Part shown: positions 18,846 through 29,122 of the stretch, one piece after another | Layout: each line of letters opens with the position of its first letter | Position numbering within the stretch: the stretch's first letter is position 1 | DNA from: Obrimoposthia wandeli | Taxonomy: Eukaryota | Direction of reading: 5' to 3' | DNA length: 64,000 nt | Assembly (NCBI GenBank): GCA_977020255.1 | Contig: CDROCS010005705.1 | Span: 1-64,000, forward strand | The notes under the pieces: model-generated | Databases searched by the model: none | What the model saw: the letters and a program-made list of their open reading frames with translations, nothing else | What the model was told of the DNA's origin: nothing | Program-made: the position numbers and the translations under genes

Positions 18846-19739
18846 ATGGATAGTTTGGATGGACTGAAAACAGTCATAGCAGTAGTAGAAACCCATTCAT
18901 TTACCGCCGCCAGCAACCGCTTAGGCATCTCAAAAGCTTTGGTGAGTAAATACGTTGGTGAAGTGGAAGCTAGTTTAGGAGCCAGGCTTTTTAATCGCAC
19001 GACGCGGCGCATCTCATTGACAGATGCTGGTAAACGCTACTATGAGCAAGCTCTAATTGTTTTAGAGCAGTTCTCAACTATGTTAGATAATGTCACCGAT
19101 GAGCAAATTTCCCCAAGAGGGGTGCTGCGTGTGAGCGCCCCTGTGGCTATAGGTGAAATTGTGTTAGCACCGTTGCTGCCCAAGTTTTTGCAACAATTCC
19201 CTGAGTTAAAAGTTGAATTAATTCTTACTAATAACCCGATTGATCTTATCGAAGAAGGCATTGATGTGCGTATTCGCACAGGAGGGTTAGATGATTCAAG
19301 TATGATCGCTCGCCACTTGCAAACATTTCCTTTAGTGCTAACAGCATCGCCGCTCTATTTACAGCAACAGGGCTCAGTTCTGACCCCGGAAGATTTAAGC
19401 AAACATAAGTGCATTATTGACAGTAATTTTAGAATAGGTTCGCAGTGGCCGATGATAGCTCCCGATGGGACAGCGCATACCATCAATGTCAATTCAGCTA
19501 TCGCTGTTAATAGTCCGCAAGCGGTACGTGAAATAGCGATTGCTGATGGTGGTGTTGCCATGACGCCTAAATTTATTGTCGATAAAGCGATTCAAAAAGG
19601 GCAATTGGTTGAAATATTATCTGAATATACCCAGTTAGAATTTGGCTTATACGCGGTATATCCACATCGTGTTTATGTAGGCAAAAAAACACGCTGTTTT
19701 ATTGATTTTTTACTAGCAGAACCTTTAATGCGTTGCTAA
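18846..19739 (+). CDS. LysR-family regulator (CrgA/DmlR-like)
   Basis: HSFTAASNRLGISKALVSKYV..LFNRTTRRISLTDAG; divergent from grx. Confidence 0.93.
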   Translation: MDSLDGLKTVIAVVETHSFTAASNRLGISKALVSKYVGEVEASLGARLFNRTTRRISLTDAGKRYYEQALIVLEQFSTMLDNVTDEQISPRGVLRVSAPVAIGEIVLAPLLPKFLQQFPELKVELILTNNPIDLIEEGIDVRIRTGGLDDSSMIARHLQTFPLVLTASPLYLQQQGSVLTPEDLSKHKCIIDSNFRIGSQWPMIAPDGTAHTINVNSAIAVNSPQAVREIAIADGGVAMTPKFIVDKAIQKGQLVEILSEYTQLEFGLYAVYPHRVYVGKKTRCFIDFLLAEPLMRC

Positions 19740-19909
19740 TTAGAGGTACTGGGTTAATTAAGAAAGGTTAAAGTGCTGATATTGCCGTTTACTCGATTCA
19801 AAGGAACCTTTGTGTCAGTGGGAAAACTAAGGTTAACATTGGCTTTAAGTGCTTATCTTTTGAGGCAAAAGTACTACGTATCGCAAATTTACTGAAATTG
19901 AGGTGTTTA

Positions 19910-21154
19910 ATGAATAGTCAAAAATTTACATTTTCCGGGCACAAAGGAGATTTACTTGCCGCTAAATTAATTTTACCCAATAACCCTGCGAAAATAGGCG
20001 CTGTTTTCGCGCATTGCTTTACCTGTTCTAAAGACATTCTTGCTGCTAGAGTAATTTGTGAAACACTGGCTCAAAACGGTGTTGCTGTGCTCTCTTTTGA
20101 TTTTACTGGGCTAGGTCATTCAGCAGGGGAGTTTGCAAATACTCACTTTAGCTCTAATGTTGAAGATTTATTGTTAGCTTGTCAGCAAATGGAGCATTTA
20201 GGATATCCAGTGCAGTTGTTGGTCGGTCACTCTTTAGGCGGCGCTGCTGTGATTAGTGCCGCAGGTAGCAAATCTATCAAGAGCTTAAAAGCGGTGTCAG
20301 TTATTGGTGCGCCTTTTGAGCCTGATCATGTGTTAGATAACTTTAGTGTGCAGCTAGATGAAATAGCCCAAACAGGCACGGCTAAAGTGATGTTGGCAGG
20401 GCGAGAGTTTCGAATAAACCAGAGCTTTGTAGAGGACATTAGCGGCACTCGCTTAGAAAATAGCTTAGCGGCAATGAAATGTGCTTTGCTGATTTTACAT
20501 TCACCGATCGATAGCCAGGTGAATGTTAGTAATGCTGCATTATTGTTTCAACACGCCAAACACCCCAAAAGTTACCTCTCTTTAGATAATGCTGATCACT
20601 TATTAACCAATATCAATGATGCTAAATACGCAGCGAGCGTTATTTCAAGCTGGGCACAACGCTATTTAGTAAAACCAGAAGAAGTTGAGGTTAAACGATT
20701 AGATTCGCTTCTCAGTGAAGATATAGTCAGAGTGTCTGAAGTTGCACTAGCCAGTTATAAACAATACATAGACACGCAGAACCAGCACATATTTGCCGAT
20801 GAACCCACGAGTATCGGAGGCACAGATGAAGGGTTAACCCCTTATCAACTTCTGAGTGCGGCTTTAGGCGCTTGCACCAACATGACAATTAGAATGTATG
20901 CCAAGCGTAAGAAAATAGCGTTAGATTCAGTTTCTGTGGATGTTAGCCACAATAAAATACACGCTTATGACTGTGAATCTTGTGACACTAAAGTTGGAAA
21001 ACTGGATCAGTTCCAACGTGATATAAGCCTAAAAGGCGCCTTAACAGCGCAGCAGCGTATAAGCTTATTGAAAATAGCAGACAAATGCCCCGTTCATCGA
21101 ACGTTAGCAGGTGTCGCTGAGATATTAACTCTTGAACGGCCAGAAAGTTCTTAA
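19910..21154 (+). CDS. Alpha/beta hydrolase-OsmC fusion protein
   Basis: FAHCFTCSKD, GHSLGG, then OsmC motifs ALGACT and KCPVHRTL. ATG 19910 with SD GAGGTG. Confidence 0.9.
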   Translation: MNSQKFTFSGHKGDLLAAKLILPNNPAKIGAVFAHCFTCSKDILAARVICETLAQNGVAVLSFDFTGLGHSAGEFANTHFSSNVEDLLLACQQMEHLGYPVQLLVGHSLGGAAVISAAGSKSIKSLKAVSVIGAPFEPDHVLDNFSVQLDEIAQTGTAKVMLAGREFRINQSFVEDISGTRLENSLAAMKCALLILHSPIDSQVNVSNAALLFQHAKHPKSYLSLDNADHLLTNINDAKYAASVISSWAQRYLVKPEEVEVKRLDSLLSEDIVRVSEVALASYKQYIDTQNQHIFADEPTSIGGTDEGLTPYQLLSAALGACTNMTIRMYAKRKKIALDSVSVDVSHNKIHAYDCESCDTKVGKLDQFQRDISLKGALTAQQRISLLKIADKCPVHRTLAGVAEILTLERPESS

Positions 21155-21217
21155 TGTAGTAAAGTATAAGCATGGGCCTTTTAAACTGTTAAGGGCTAAA
21201 AGGTAAAGTGAAATAAG

Positions 21218-21739
21218 CTAATCGAGTTTCATTTCATGAGCAATAAGTTGCAGTAAGAAGGTTTCACGAATGATTGATAATCCCTGCTTTTCGCTGTTAT
21301 TTATAATGTCTAAGTTATGTTTGATTGCATGATTAATATTAACCCAATGCGCTGACATACCATTGCTAATTTCATGCTGTTCGAGTTCTGGCGATAGTAA
21401 TTGATCGTCAATGTCACAGTAGTAGCAATAAGAAATCATATGAATGCGACTAAATTTATCTTTGTGCCAAGGTCTGTGTTCGTCATAGCGGCCAAATTCG
21501 CGAATATTGCGTACGTTTTGAGCGCCAGTTTCCTCTTTTAACTCGCGGATTAAGCCACAAATATTATCTTCGCCTTGATCAATGCCACCACCTGGTAAGC
21601 TGTAATCTTCATAGCGAGCAGTGTAAAGTAATAAAATATCTGAGCCTCTAATCACTATCGCTCTGCTAGCTTTACGTGTAAAACTGGGTTGTGCATTTGT
21701 TACTGTTTTAGGGTGTACTGTGGTTTTTAATAAACGCAT
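21218..21739 (-). CDS. NUDIX hydrolase
   Basis: Nudix box GGGIDQGEDNICGLIRELKEETG. Confidence 0.9.
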   Translation of the reverse strand: MRLLKTTVHPKTVTNAQPSFTRKASRAIVIRGSDILLLYTARYEDYSLPGGGIDQGEDNICGLIRELKEETGAQNVRNIREFGRYDEHRPWHKDKFSRIHMISYCYYCDIDDQLLSPELEQHEISNGMSAHWVNINHAIKHNLDIINNSEKQGLSIIRETFLLQLIAHEMKLD

Positions 21740-21805
21740 TAGAGAGTGTTACCAGTGAAATAGAAAGAAATGTAAATTGATTTTTAATAGTACAAATAAT
21801 ATGCG

Positions 21806-21844
21806 TTGACATATTCGGGTAAAAGAATAATATATATCTATATT
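21806..21844 (+). promoter_or_regulatory. Promoter of the pdo operon with a palindrome over the -10 region
   Basis: TTGACA at 21806, TAATAT at 21828, and inverted repeat AATATA-N4-TATATT at 21829-21844. Confidence 0.5.
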
Positions 21845-21906
21845 CCAAATTGTTATATGCTTATATCATAAATTCATAGCGTTAAATAATATAGAGGCGT
21901 TTTTCT

Positions 21907-22770
21907 ATGCAACCTATTGTCACTCCCTTCTTCGATGAGGCAACGTTTACTTTTAGCTACGTTTTGCAAGATGCGACCTCTAAAAGTTGCGCTGTCATTG
22001 ACTCAGTGCTTAATTTTGATTATGCATCAGGCACTACTTCTTGTAACTCTGCCGATGAAATTTTAGCTTTTGTGCGTGCAAACGACTTACAAGTTGAATG
22101 GATTTTAGAATCCCATGTGCATGCAGATCATTTGTCCGCAGCACCTTACCTGAAAGCGCAGACAGGTGCACGTATTGGTATAGGTGCTGACGTTAAAGTC
22201 GTTCAGCAAACGTTTAGTAAAGCCTTTAACAGCGCTAATGAAATGCATTGTGAAGGAGAGCAATTTGGTCGATTATTTGCCGATGGGGATGCCATCCAAA
22301 TAGGCTCAATGACAGGTTACGCGCTGCACACGCCAGGGCACACTCCCGCTTGTATGACTTATGTTTTTGGTGATACGGCTTTCGTTGGCGATACGCTATT
22401 TATGCCTGATTTTGGTACTGCGCGCTGTGATTTTCCAGGCGGTGATGCCGCCATATTGTATCGCTCGATTAAAAAAATATTCACATTAGATGACAGTACT
22501 CGATTGTTTATGTGCCATGACTATAAGGCACCAGGGCGAGATGAATACGCTTGCGAAACCACCGTTGGCGCAGAGCGTGAACACAATATCCATGTAGGCA
22601 ATGGGGTGAGTGAAGCCGATTTTGTAAAAATGCGTTCAGATCGTGATAGTACTTTAAGTATGCCAAAGTTAATTTTACCTGCTGTGCAAGTTAATATTCG
22701 TGCTGGAAACATGCCCCCTGCTGAAGACAACGGACAGTCTTATTTGAAGATTCCTGTTAATTTGTTCTAA
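21907..22770 (+). CDS. pdo: Persulfide dioxygenase (ETHE1/Blh-like MBL fold)
   Basis: LESHVHADH, HTPGHT, GDTLF, RCDFPGG, MCHDY, PAVQVNIRAG. Confidence 0.9.
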   Translation: MQPIVTPFFDEATFTFSYVLQDATSKSCAVIDSVLNFDYASGTTSCNSADEILAFVRANDLQVEWILESHVHADHLSAAPYLKAQTGARIGIGADVKVVQQTFSKAFNSANEMHCEGEQFGRLFADGDAIQIGSMTGYALHTPGHTPACMTYVFGDTAFVGDTLFMPDFGTARCDFPGGDAAILYRSIKKIFTLDDSTRLFMCHDYKAPGRDEYACETTVGAEREHNIHVGNGVSEADFVKMRSDRDSTLSMPKLILPAVQVNIRAGNMPPAEDNGQSYLKIPVNLF

Positions 22771-22872
22771 TAACAGCTAATTTAGAGGCAGTGTTTTATA
22801 AACAGTGCTTTAGCAAAGATTCAAGAAGCACTATCGGAAATTGATCTTCAATAAAAATTAAAGGAACCTGTA

Positions 22873-23325
22873 ATGCAATTGCGCCAACTAACTACCAATC
22901 TTAGTGTGAGCCCGCAACTCGATGTTGCTGATATAAAACAGATAACCGCAGCTGGTATCAAAACTATTATTTGTAATAGGCCTGACAATGAAGCAGAGGA
23001 TCAACCCGAAAGCGAATCGATTCGCGAAGCATGTGAAGCTCACGGGATAAATTGGCATTATCTTCCGGTCAGCCCAAAAGAGTTTACTGATCAGCAAGGT
23101 GTCGAGTTTGGTCAGTTATTAGAAGGTCTTGAAAGCCCAGTTTTAGCTTATTGTCGTACCGGTACACGTTGTACTAATTTATGGGCATTAAGTGTGGCAG
23201 ATAAATTGAGCTTAGATGAAATTTTATCCACTGCCAAAAATGCTGGGTATGATGTGGGTAAACTGAGCGAGCGTATCACTGCATTGGCCGAGGCTAAAGT
23301 AACTGAAGTAACAACAGATGAATAA
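22873..23325 (+). CDS. DUF442/TIGR01244 sulfurtransferase (rhodanese-like)
   Basis: IICNRPDNE and active-site loop YCRTGTRC. Confidence 0.88.
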   Translation: MQLRQLTTNLSVSPQLDVADIKQITAAGIKTIICNRPDNEAEDQPESESIREACEAHGINWHYLPVSPKEFTDQQGVEFGQLLEGLESPVLAYCRTGTRCTNLWALSVADKLSLDEILSTAKNAGYDVGKLSERITALAEAKVTEVTTDE

Positions 23326-24604
23326 AGAAGAGCCTACAAATGAAGTACAAACTGCTTCACAGCCAATTGTTATAGGTACTCATGAGATTGTGATCGTAGG
23401 TGGTGGCGCAGGTGGGCAAGCAGTAGTTGCTAGCTTATTAAAGCGTAATCCTAAATTGGATATTGCCATTATCGAACCCAGCACTGAACATTATTATCAA
23501 CCGGGTTGGACCATGGTCGGTGGTGGCATTTTTGAACCTGAAGAAACTGTGCGCAAAATGGTTGATGTGATGCCTGACAGCGTTAAATGGTATCAAATTT
23601 CCGTTGCCTCATTTGCGCCCGAAGCTAAGCAGGTGGTATTAGCCAATGGTGAAAGAGTGGCTTATAACTATATGGTAGTTGCACCCGGTTTAACTTTAAA
23701 TTGGGGCGCTATTGAAGGTTTGGAAGAAACGTTAGGTAGCAACGGGGTTACGTCAAACTATCGTTATGATCTAGCTCCTTACACTTGGGAACTCGTGCAA
23801 AAAACTAAGCAGGGCAAGGCAATTTTTACCCAGCCACCGATGCCGATTAAATGCGCTGGAGCGCCACAAAAAGCCATGTATTTAGCTTGCTCTAAATGGT
23901 TTATGGAATCGCGACTAAACAGTATTGACGTAGAATTTTGTAATGCAGGGCCAGCTTTATTTGGTGTTGCTGAATATGTGCCTGCGCTGATGGAATACGT
24001 AAAAAAGTATCAGATAGAGCTGAGTTTTTCACAGAATCTAATTAAGGTTGACGGCCCTAACAAAACGGCAACCTTTGTTGTAACTGATGCGCAAGGTAAT
24101 ACAAGTGAAGTAGAAAAAACGTTTGATATGTTACACGTTTGCCCTGTGCAATGTGCACCTGCGTTTATTAGTGAAAGCCCACTAGCTGATGGCGCTGGTT
24201 GGGTTGATTTAGATCCTGCAACATTACAGCATAAAAAATACCCTAATATCTTTGGCATTGGCGATGCGAATAATACTGGCAATGCGAAAACAGCGGCTGC
24301 GGTGCGCAAACAAGCTCCAGTTGTGGCTGGCAACCTTTTATCCGCTATGCAATCAACCGCTTTAAACGCCATATACGATGGTTATGGTTCATGTCCATTG
24401 ACGGTAGAGCACGGTAAAATAGTATTAGCTGAATTCGGCTATGGCGGAAAATTATTACCCTTGTTTCCATTATGGTTAATTCAAGGTAAGCGTCCTTCAA
24501 GGCTTTCTTGGCTACTCAAAGCCAAAATATTACCTTGGGTTTATTGGAATGTAATGCTCAAAGGTAAAGAATGGTTAGCTACGCCTACTAAAAAGAATGG
24601 CTAA
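23318..24604 (+). CDS. sqr: Type II sulfide:quinone oxidoreductase
   Basis: GGGAGG FAD motif, HYYQPGWT, KCAGAPQK and YGSCPL (two catalytic Cys), AEFGY. Confidence 0.92.
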   Translation: MNKEEPTNEVQTASQPIVIGTHEIVIVGGGAGGQAVVASLLKRNPKLDIAIIEPSTEHYYQPGWTMVGGGIFEPEETVRKMVDVMPDSVKWYQISVASFAPEAKQVVLANGERVAYNYMVVAPGLTLNWGAIEGLEETLGSNGVTSNYRYDLAPYTWELVQKTKQGKAIFTQPPMPIKCAGAPQKAMYLACSKWFMESRLNSIDVEFCNAGPALFGVAEYVPALMEYVKKYQIELSFSQNLIKVDGPNKTATFVVTDAQGNTSEVEKTFDMLHVCPVQCAPAFISESPLADGAGWVDLDPATLQHKKYPNIFGIGDANNTGNAKTAAAVRKQAPVVAGNLLSAMQSTALNAIYDGYGSCPLTVEHGKIVLAEFGYGGKLLPLFPLWLIQGKRPSRLSWLLKAKILPWVYWNVMLKGKEWLATPTKKNG

Positions 24605-24618
24605 GCTGAAATAAACGT

Positions 24619-24655
24619 ACAAGCATTGGCTTGAATAAAGTTAATGCTTGTTTTT
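24619..24655 (+). terminator. Possible terminator between sqr and sulP
   Basis: ACAAGCATT...AATGCTTGT followed by TTTT. Confidence 0.45.
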
Positions 24656-24818
24656 AAAAGATTAAAATACTATGTATAGATTTAAGAATGATACGCCAAT
24701 GTATTTCACTCCTGCAATTCATCTTCTATCAGCCATCTAATTCGCTGATTTATAATTTTTAACCTCTTATCTATTTGATGCCGTGTAATGATACACAGCG
24801 AACGCCTAAGGTTTATCA

Positions 24819-26525
24819 ATGTTAAAACACTATTTTCCCATCTTACAGTGGCGTAAAAGCTATGACAGAAATACCTTGAGTAGCGATTTAATTGCGGCGT
24901 TAATTGTCACTATTATGTTAATTCCACAATCCTTGGCCTATGCATTATTAGCAGGTTTGCCAGCTGAAGTGGGCTTGTATGCCAGTATCTTGCCGCTAGT
25001 AGCCTATACAGTGTTCGGCACCAGTAAAACCTTATCAGTAGGACCCGTTGCGGTTGTATCATTGATGACAGCAGCAGCAATTGGCAGTTTAGGCTTGCAA
25101 AGCGCTGAACAATATTTAACAGCAGCGATCATTTTGGCTTTTATGTCAGGCTTGATGTTGTTAGCTATGGGCTTTTTTAAGTTAGGTATGTTTGCGAACC
25201 TTTTGAGTCATCCTGTTATATCTGGTTTTATTAGCGCAGCGGGGTTAATCATCGCCACGAGCCAGCTTAAGCATATATTTGGAGTGGATGCACAAGGGCA
25301 TAATATTATAGAAATACTGTATGCCTTAGCCATAAAAATTGAGCAGGTTAATTTCGAGACTTTGCTAATAGGGGCGGGGGCCACGGGTTTTCTCTTTTGG
25401 GTAAGAAGGTCACTTAAACCGCTACTTATCACAATGGGTATCCAAGCAGTTATAGCTGAACGATTGGCAAAAACAGGGCCTGTGTTGGCGATAGTTATAA
25501 CTATTGTGCTTACTTGGAGTTTAAATTTAGTGCAATCTGGCGTAAGTGTGGTCGGGGATATTCCACAGGGTTTGCCCACATTAGCCATGCCGGCATGGGA
25601 TTGGCAATTGTGGCAACAGCTGTTAGCGCCCGCTTTACTGATCAGCATCATTGGTTTTGTAGAGTCAGTGTCTGTAGCACAAACACTGGCAGCAAAGCGG
25701 CGTGAAAGAATTTTACCTAATCAAGAATTAATAGGTTTAGGTGCTGCTAATGTAGCGGCAGCTGTCTCTGGTGGCTTTCCAGTAACAGGTGGTTTCTCAC
25801 GTTCAGTCGTTAACTTTGATGCGGGTGCTAAAACACCTGCAGCAGGTGCTTATACTGCAATTGGAATTGCTTTAGCGGCCTTGTTTTTAACCCCACTGAT
25901 CTACTTTTTACCTAAAGCGACTTTGGCGGCAACGGTTATTGTGGCGGTGCTTTCACTGATTGATTTAGGCGCTATCAAGCGCACTTGGATATATTCAAAA
26001 AGTGATTTTGCAGCTATGATGATTACGATCATCTTTACCTTATTGCAAGGCGTGGAGGTCGGAATTGTTTTAGGTGTTTCACTGTCAATTCTGTTGCACT
26101 TGTATAGAACAAGTAAGCCGCATAGCGCCCAAGTAGGTTTAGTGACTGGCACTGAGCATTTTCGAAATGTTAAGCGCCACGCAGTTGAAACGAATGATAA
26201 AGTACTTACTTTGCGCGTTGATGAAAGTTTGTATTTTATCAACGCTAGATACTTAGAAGATCGCGTGTATGGTTTAGTGGCAGCACACTCTAAAATTGAG
26301 CACTTTGTGTTAATGTGTCCCGCCGTTAATTTCATTGATGCATCAGCATTAGAGAGCTTGGAAGCGATCAACTCACTATTAAACGACAGCGGTGTACAGT
26401 TTCATTTATCGGAGGTGAAAGGGCCAGTGATGGATAGATTAAACAACAGCCATTTTCTGCATGAACTCACAGGGCAAGTGTTTCTTAGTCAGTACGATGC
26501 GTGGCGATTTTTAGATAATAAATAG
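24819..26525 (+). CDS. SulP-family anion permease with STAS domain
   Basis: DLIAALIVTIMLIPQSLAYALLAGLP, GGFSRSVVN, and STAS motifs LRVDESLYF and IDASALESL. Confidence 0.93.
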   Translation: MLKHYFPILQWRKSYDRNTLSSDLIAALIVTIMLIPQSLAYALLAGLPAEVGLYASILPLVAYTVFGTSKTLSVGPVAVVSLMTAAAIGSLGLQSAEQYLTAAIILAFMSGLMLLAMGFFKLGMFANLLSHPVISGFISAAGLIIATSQLKHIFGVDAQGHNIIEILYALAIKIEQVNFETLLIGAGATGFLFWVRRSLKPLLITMGIQAVIAERLAKTGPVLAIVITIVLTWSLNLVQSGVSVVGDIPQGLPTLAMPAWDWQLWQQLLAPALLISIIGFVESVSVAQTLAAKRRERILPNQELIGLGAANVAAAVSGGFPVTGGFSRSVVNFDAGAKTPAAGAYTAIGIALAALFLTPLIYFLPKATLAATVIVAVLSLIDLGAIKRTWIYSKSDFAAMMITIIFTLLQGVEVGIVLGVSLSILLHLYRTSKPHSAQVGLVTGTEHFRNVKRHAVETNDKVLTLRVDESLYFINARYLEDRVYGLVAAHSKIEHFVLMCPAVNFIDASALESLEAINSLLNDSGVQFHLSEVKGPVMDRLNNSHFLHELTGQVFLSQYDAWRFLDNK

Positions 26526-26637
26526 TTAGACTAAAAACGTATCAATATACGAAGGGCAGTTATTCTGCCCTAGGTGAAAAATATAATGTGTAAACCGCTC
26601 ATGTTGTTAGTAGAAAAAATACTTAAAAAAGAGTTGT

Positions 26638-27126
26638 TTACTCAAGCAGTATTAGTTTCTCGTTGTTCTCATCTTCACCGAATAATTTTTCGTAAAAACG
26701 CTCCCACAAGCTTACTTTCTTATCGTGATATTGCTCTTTTATATAATCAATAGCCGCTAACAGCTCCTTACTCTGATCTATCGATTGAGCGGTAATAGGT
26801 AAAGTTATTTGCTCAATCTTGTTAGTTACTTTTTCCAAACCTTCTTTGGCCTTTTCAATGCGCTCTTTGGAGAAAGGGAATTGTTTAGCTTTAGATAATT
26901 GATGTTTAAAAGCTTGAATATGAAGAGTCATTTTTGCAGCTGAATCTGTTTTCATCGCTTGATTATATTCAAAACGCATTTGCTTCATCACCGCTTCTAA
27001 ATCGATACCACCGACCGTTTTTGCATTAGTCATTCCGGCGTGGCTGACGGCGAAGGTTAAGAGCAGTAATGTAGATAATTTTCTAGAAAGGGAGTTGCAA
27101 TTTAGGAGTTTAAATAGTTGTTTCAA
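26638..27126 (-). CDS. Periplasmic cytochrome b562-like protein
   Basis: Signal peptide; DLEAVMKQM (Met ligand position) and EQYHDKK (His ligand position); helical pattern. Confidence 0.6.
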   Translation of the reverse strand: MKQLFKLLNCNSLSRKLSTLLLLTFAVSHAGMTNAKTVGGIDLEAVMKQMRFEYNQAMKTDSAAKMTLHIQAFKHQLSKAKQFPFSKERIEKAKEGLEKVTNKIEQITLPITAQSIDQSKELLAAIDYIKEQYHDKKVSLWERFYEKLFGEDENNEKLILLE

Positions 27127-27558
27127 AGGATTCTCTTATTAAATATATTGCCATTCATTACTAGGTAGTAACAGGATTAATATGGTGTTGTTGGTTTTTA
27201 AACCCAATAGAAATTGTAGTTTTGGTAAATGCTCGCGGCAGAGCCTTAAATCGTTACTCATCACTTTACTGTTTCTGCTCTCTCATTTCTCATGTATAGC
27301 TAAAGTCTCAGCAGTGCATCGTTTGATAATACTTAGCTGTATTTGTATATAGGCTGATTAGTCAGTTGCGAATTGATGCAAAAAAACGATAGGCTATTAA
27401 ATGTTAGTACTTGTTACTTTGATGAGCTAGCTAGATTTTGGCATAGTCTTATAATGCGCCGAAATAATAACAGTGAAGTAAACGCAGCTTTAAATAGAAA
27501 TAAATATTCCTAAGAAATCTTAGCGATGAGAACATTGGGCATTGACAAAAATAGCTTA

Positions 27559-28110
27559 TTAGCTGTTGTCATCACGCCTGTCACTTTGTTCTTTTCTGCG
27601 CTCTTCAGAGCGGCGTTCATCAGCTTGGTCTGCTATTGGTGGCTGAGATTCCAATTTAGCTTCAGCAGCAATATCAAGTTTTGAAAAATGCTCTTTAAGC
27701 ATATGATTTGCAGGCATGTCAATAAACTGAGTCGCTTGGGGTGGAGCTTTATAAGCACTTCGCATTTCGTCCCCACTCAGTGGACGAATACCGCTTTGTG
27801 TTAAGCGGCCTCCACAAACATGATCAATCACCACTTTATACTCACCAAGTTGGATTTCAGAAACATTGTATTGACGTACAATGATGGCGCCAGTTCCTTT
27901 CATCCCTTCAAATAATGCCATTTTAATGAGGCCAATATCGGTTTGTAAACCTACTGTTTCCTTGTCATCTAGATACCGTAAAAGTGTACCATCAGCTTTT
28001 ACACCAAAACTATAGTGATCGTTAACGCAAGTGATGTTTACGCGCTTATCACCTTCTAGGTATTCAGCTAGGTCAACTAAATAGGAAAAAGCTTGGTCAA
28101 TAAAAGACAT
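27559..28110 (-). CDS. Hypothetical protein
   Basis: 183-aa ORF with plausible start; charged C-terminus ERRSEERRKEQSDRR. Confidence 0.7.
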   Translation of the reverse strand: MSFIDQAFSYLVDLAEYLEGDKRVNITCVNDHYSFGVKADGTLLRYLDDKETVGLQTDIGLIKMALFEGMKGTGAIIVRQYNVSEIQLGEYKVVIDHVCGGRLTQSGIRPLSGDEMRSAYKAPPQATQFIDMPANHMLKEHFSKLDIAAEAKLESQPPIADQADERRSEERRKEQSDRRDDNS

Positions 28111-28372
28111 ATTTAATCTCTGTTATAAAAAAAAGGCGGTAGCGATGTTATTGCTTATGGATGATTATACTTTAATGAAAAAAAAGGGTCATTACTATTG
28201 TTATATTAGCCGTTAGCAATAACCAACTGCTATCTTGATGCTAATTTAATAATTGTTTCATATTATAAGTAATCATGGCTAACTATAGCTGTAGACTCTG
28301 TCGTTAATTGTTTATGTATTGATGATTATCAAAAAGAGGCCCATTAATCTATTTTTATTTTAGGAGTTGTAA

Positions 28373-29122
28373 ATGGTAGCTATAGTCCGTTGTTCCATTT
28401 ATATCAAATGGATAGTGCTTTTATGTATATTTCCAACGTTTAGCTATGCACAAAATATTATCAATTTTAATGTTACCCCTAAAACATACCCGCCTTTTTT
28501 TACGAGCAATCCAGTGGGTGAATCGGGTATTTTTTTAGAGATTATGCAAGAGATAGTTAACCGCCAAGGAGACATTCTTCATAAAGTCAAAATCCCTCGT
28601 AAAAGAGGTGATTCCTGGGTGGAAAATGGCGATTTTAACGTTGCTGTTAGAGCGCTTGAATGGGTAGCGCAATCAGACAACTACCGTTTCAGCGATCCTA
28701 TATTGCAATTTAAAAGTGTATTAGTATCAAGAGTAGATAAACCGTTAGAGTTTCAATATGCTAAGCAGCTAATAGGTAAAAAGCTAATTACCCATCTGGG
28801 GTTTGAATATCCGGTGTTACAACCGTTTTTTACTGACAAAAGCATCGCGAGGATAGATGTTGTCAGCGGCTCAAAAATGTTGCAGTTGATTGAAAAAGGA
28901 CGCGCAGATGCTGCAGTAATGAACGAAACAGTTGCTAGATGGCTAATCAAAAAGCATAAGTATAAAGGAGTCTTTTATGTGTCTAACGGGAGTTTGGGAA
29001 TCTTTGATATAAGATTAATGTTTAATAAAGCTCGGAAGACATATGTTAAATCAGTTAATCAAACATTAGCCAATATTAAGCAAGAAGGTAAATTGCAACA
29101 AATACTTAACAAGTATCAGTAG
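28373..29122 (+). CDS. Orphan periplasmic substrate-binding protein (family 3/PBPb-like)
   Basis: Signal peptide, YPPF, IPRKRG, GRADAAV, GKLQQILNKY. Confidence 0.8.
   Translation: MVAIVRCSIYIKWIVLLCIFPTFSYAQNIINFNVTPKTYPPFFTSNPVGESGIFLEIMQEIVNRQGDILHKVKIPRKRGDSWVENGDFNVAVRALEWVAQSDNYRFSDPILQFKSVLVSRVDKPLEFQYAKQLIGKKLITHLGFEYPVLQPFFTDKSIARIDVVSGSKMLQLIEKGRADAAVMNETVARWLIKKHKYKGVFYVSNGSLGIFDIRLMFNKARKTYVKSVNQTLANIKQEGKLQQILNKYQ

Noticed and set aside
27427-27500. TATAAT-GCGCC promoter-like site on the + strand with no downstream + gene
   Set aside because: The -35 is poor (CTAGCT) and no terminator or structure defines a transcript.
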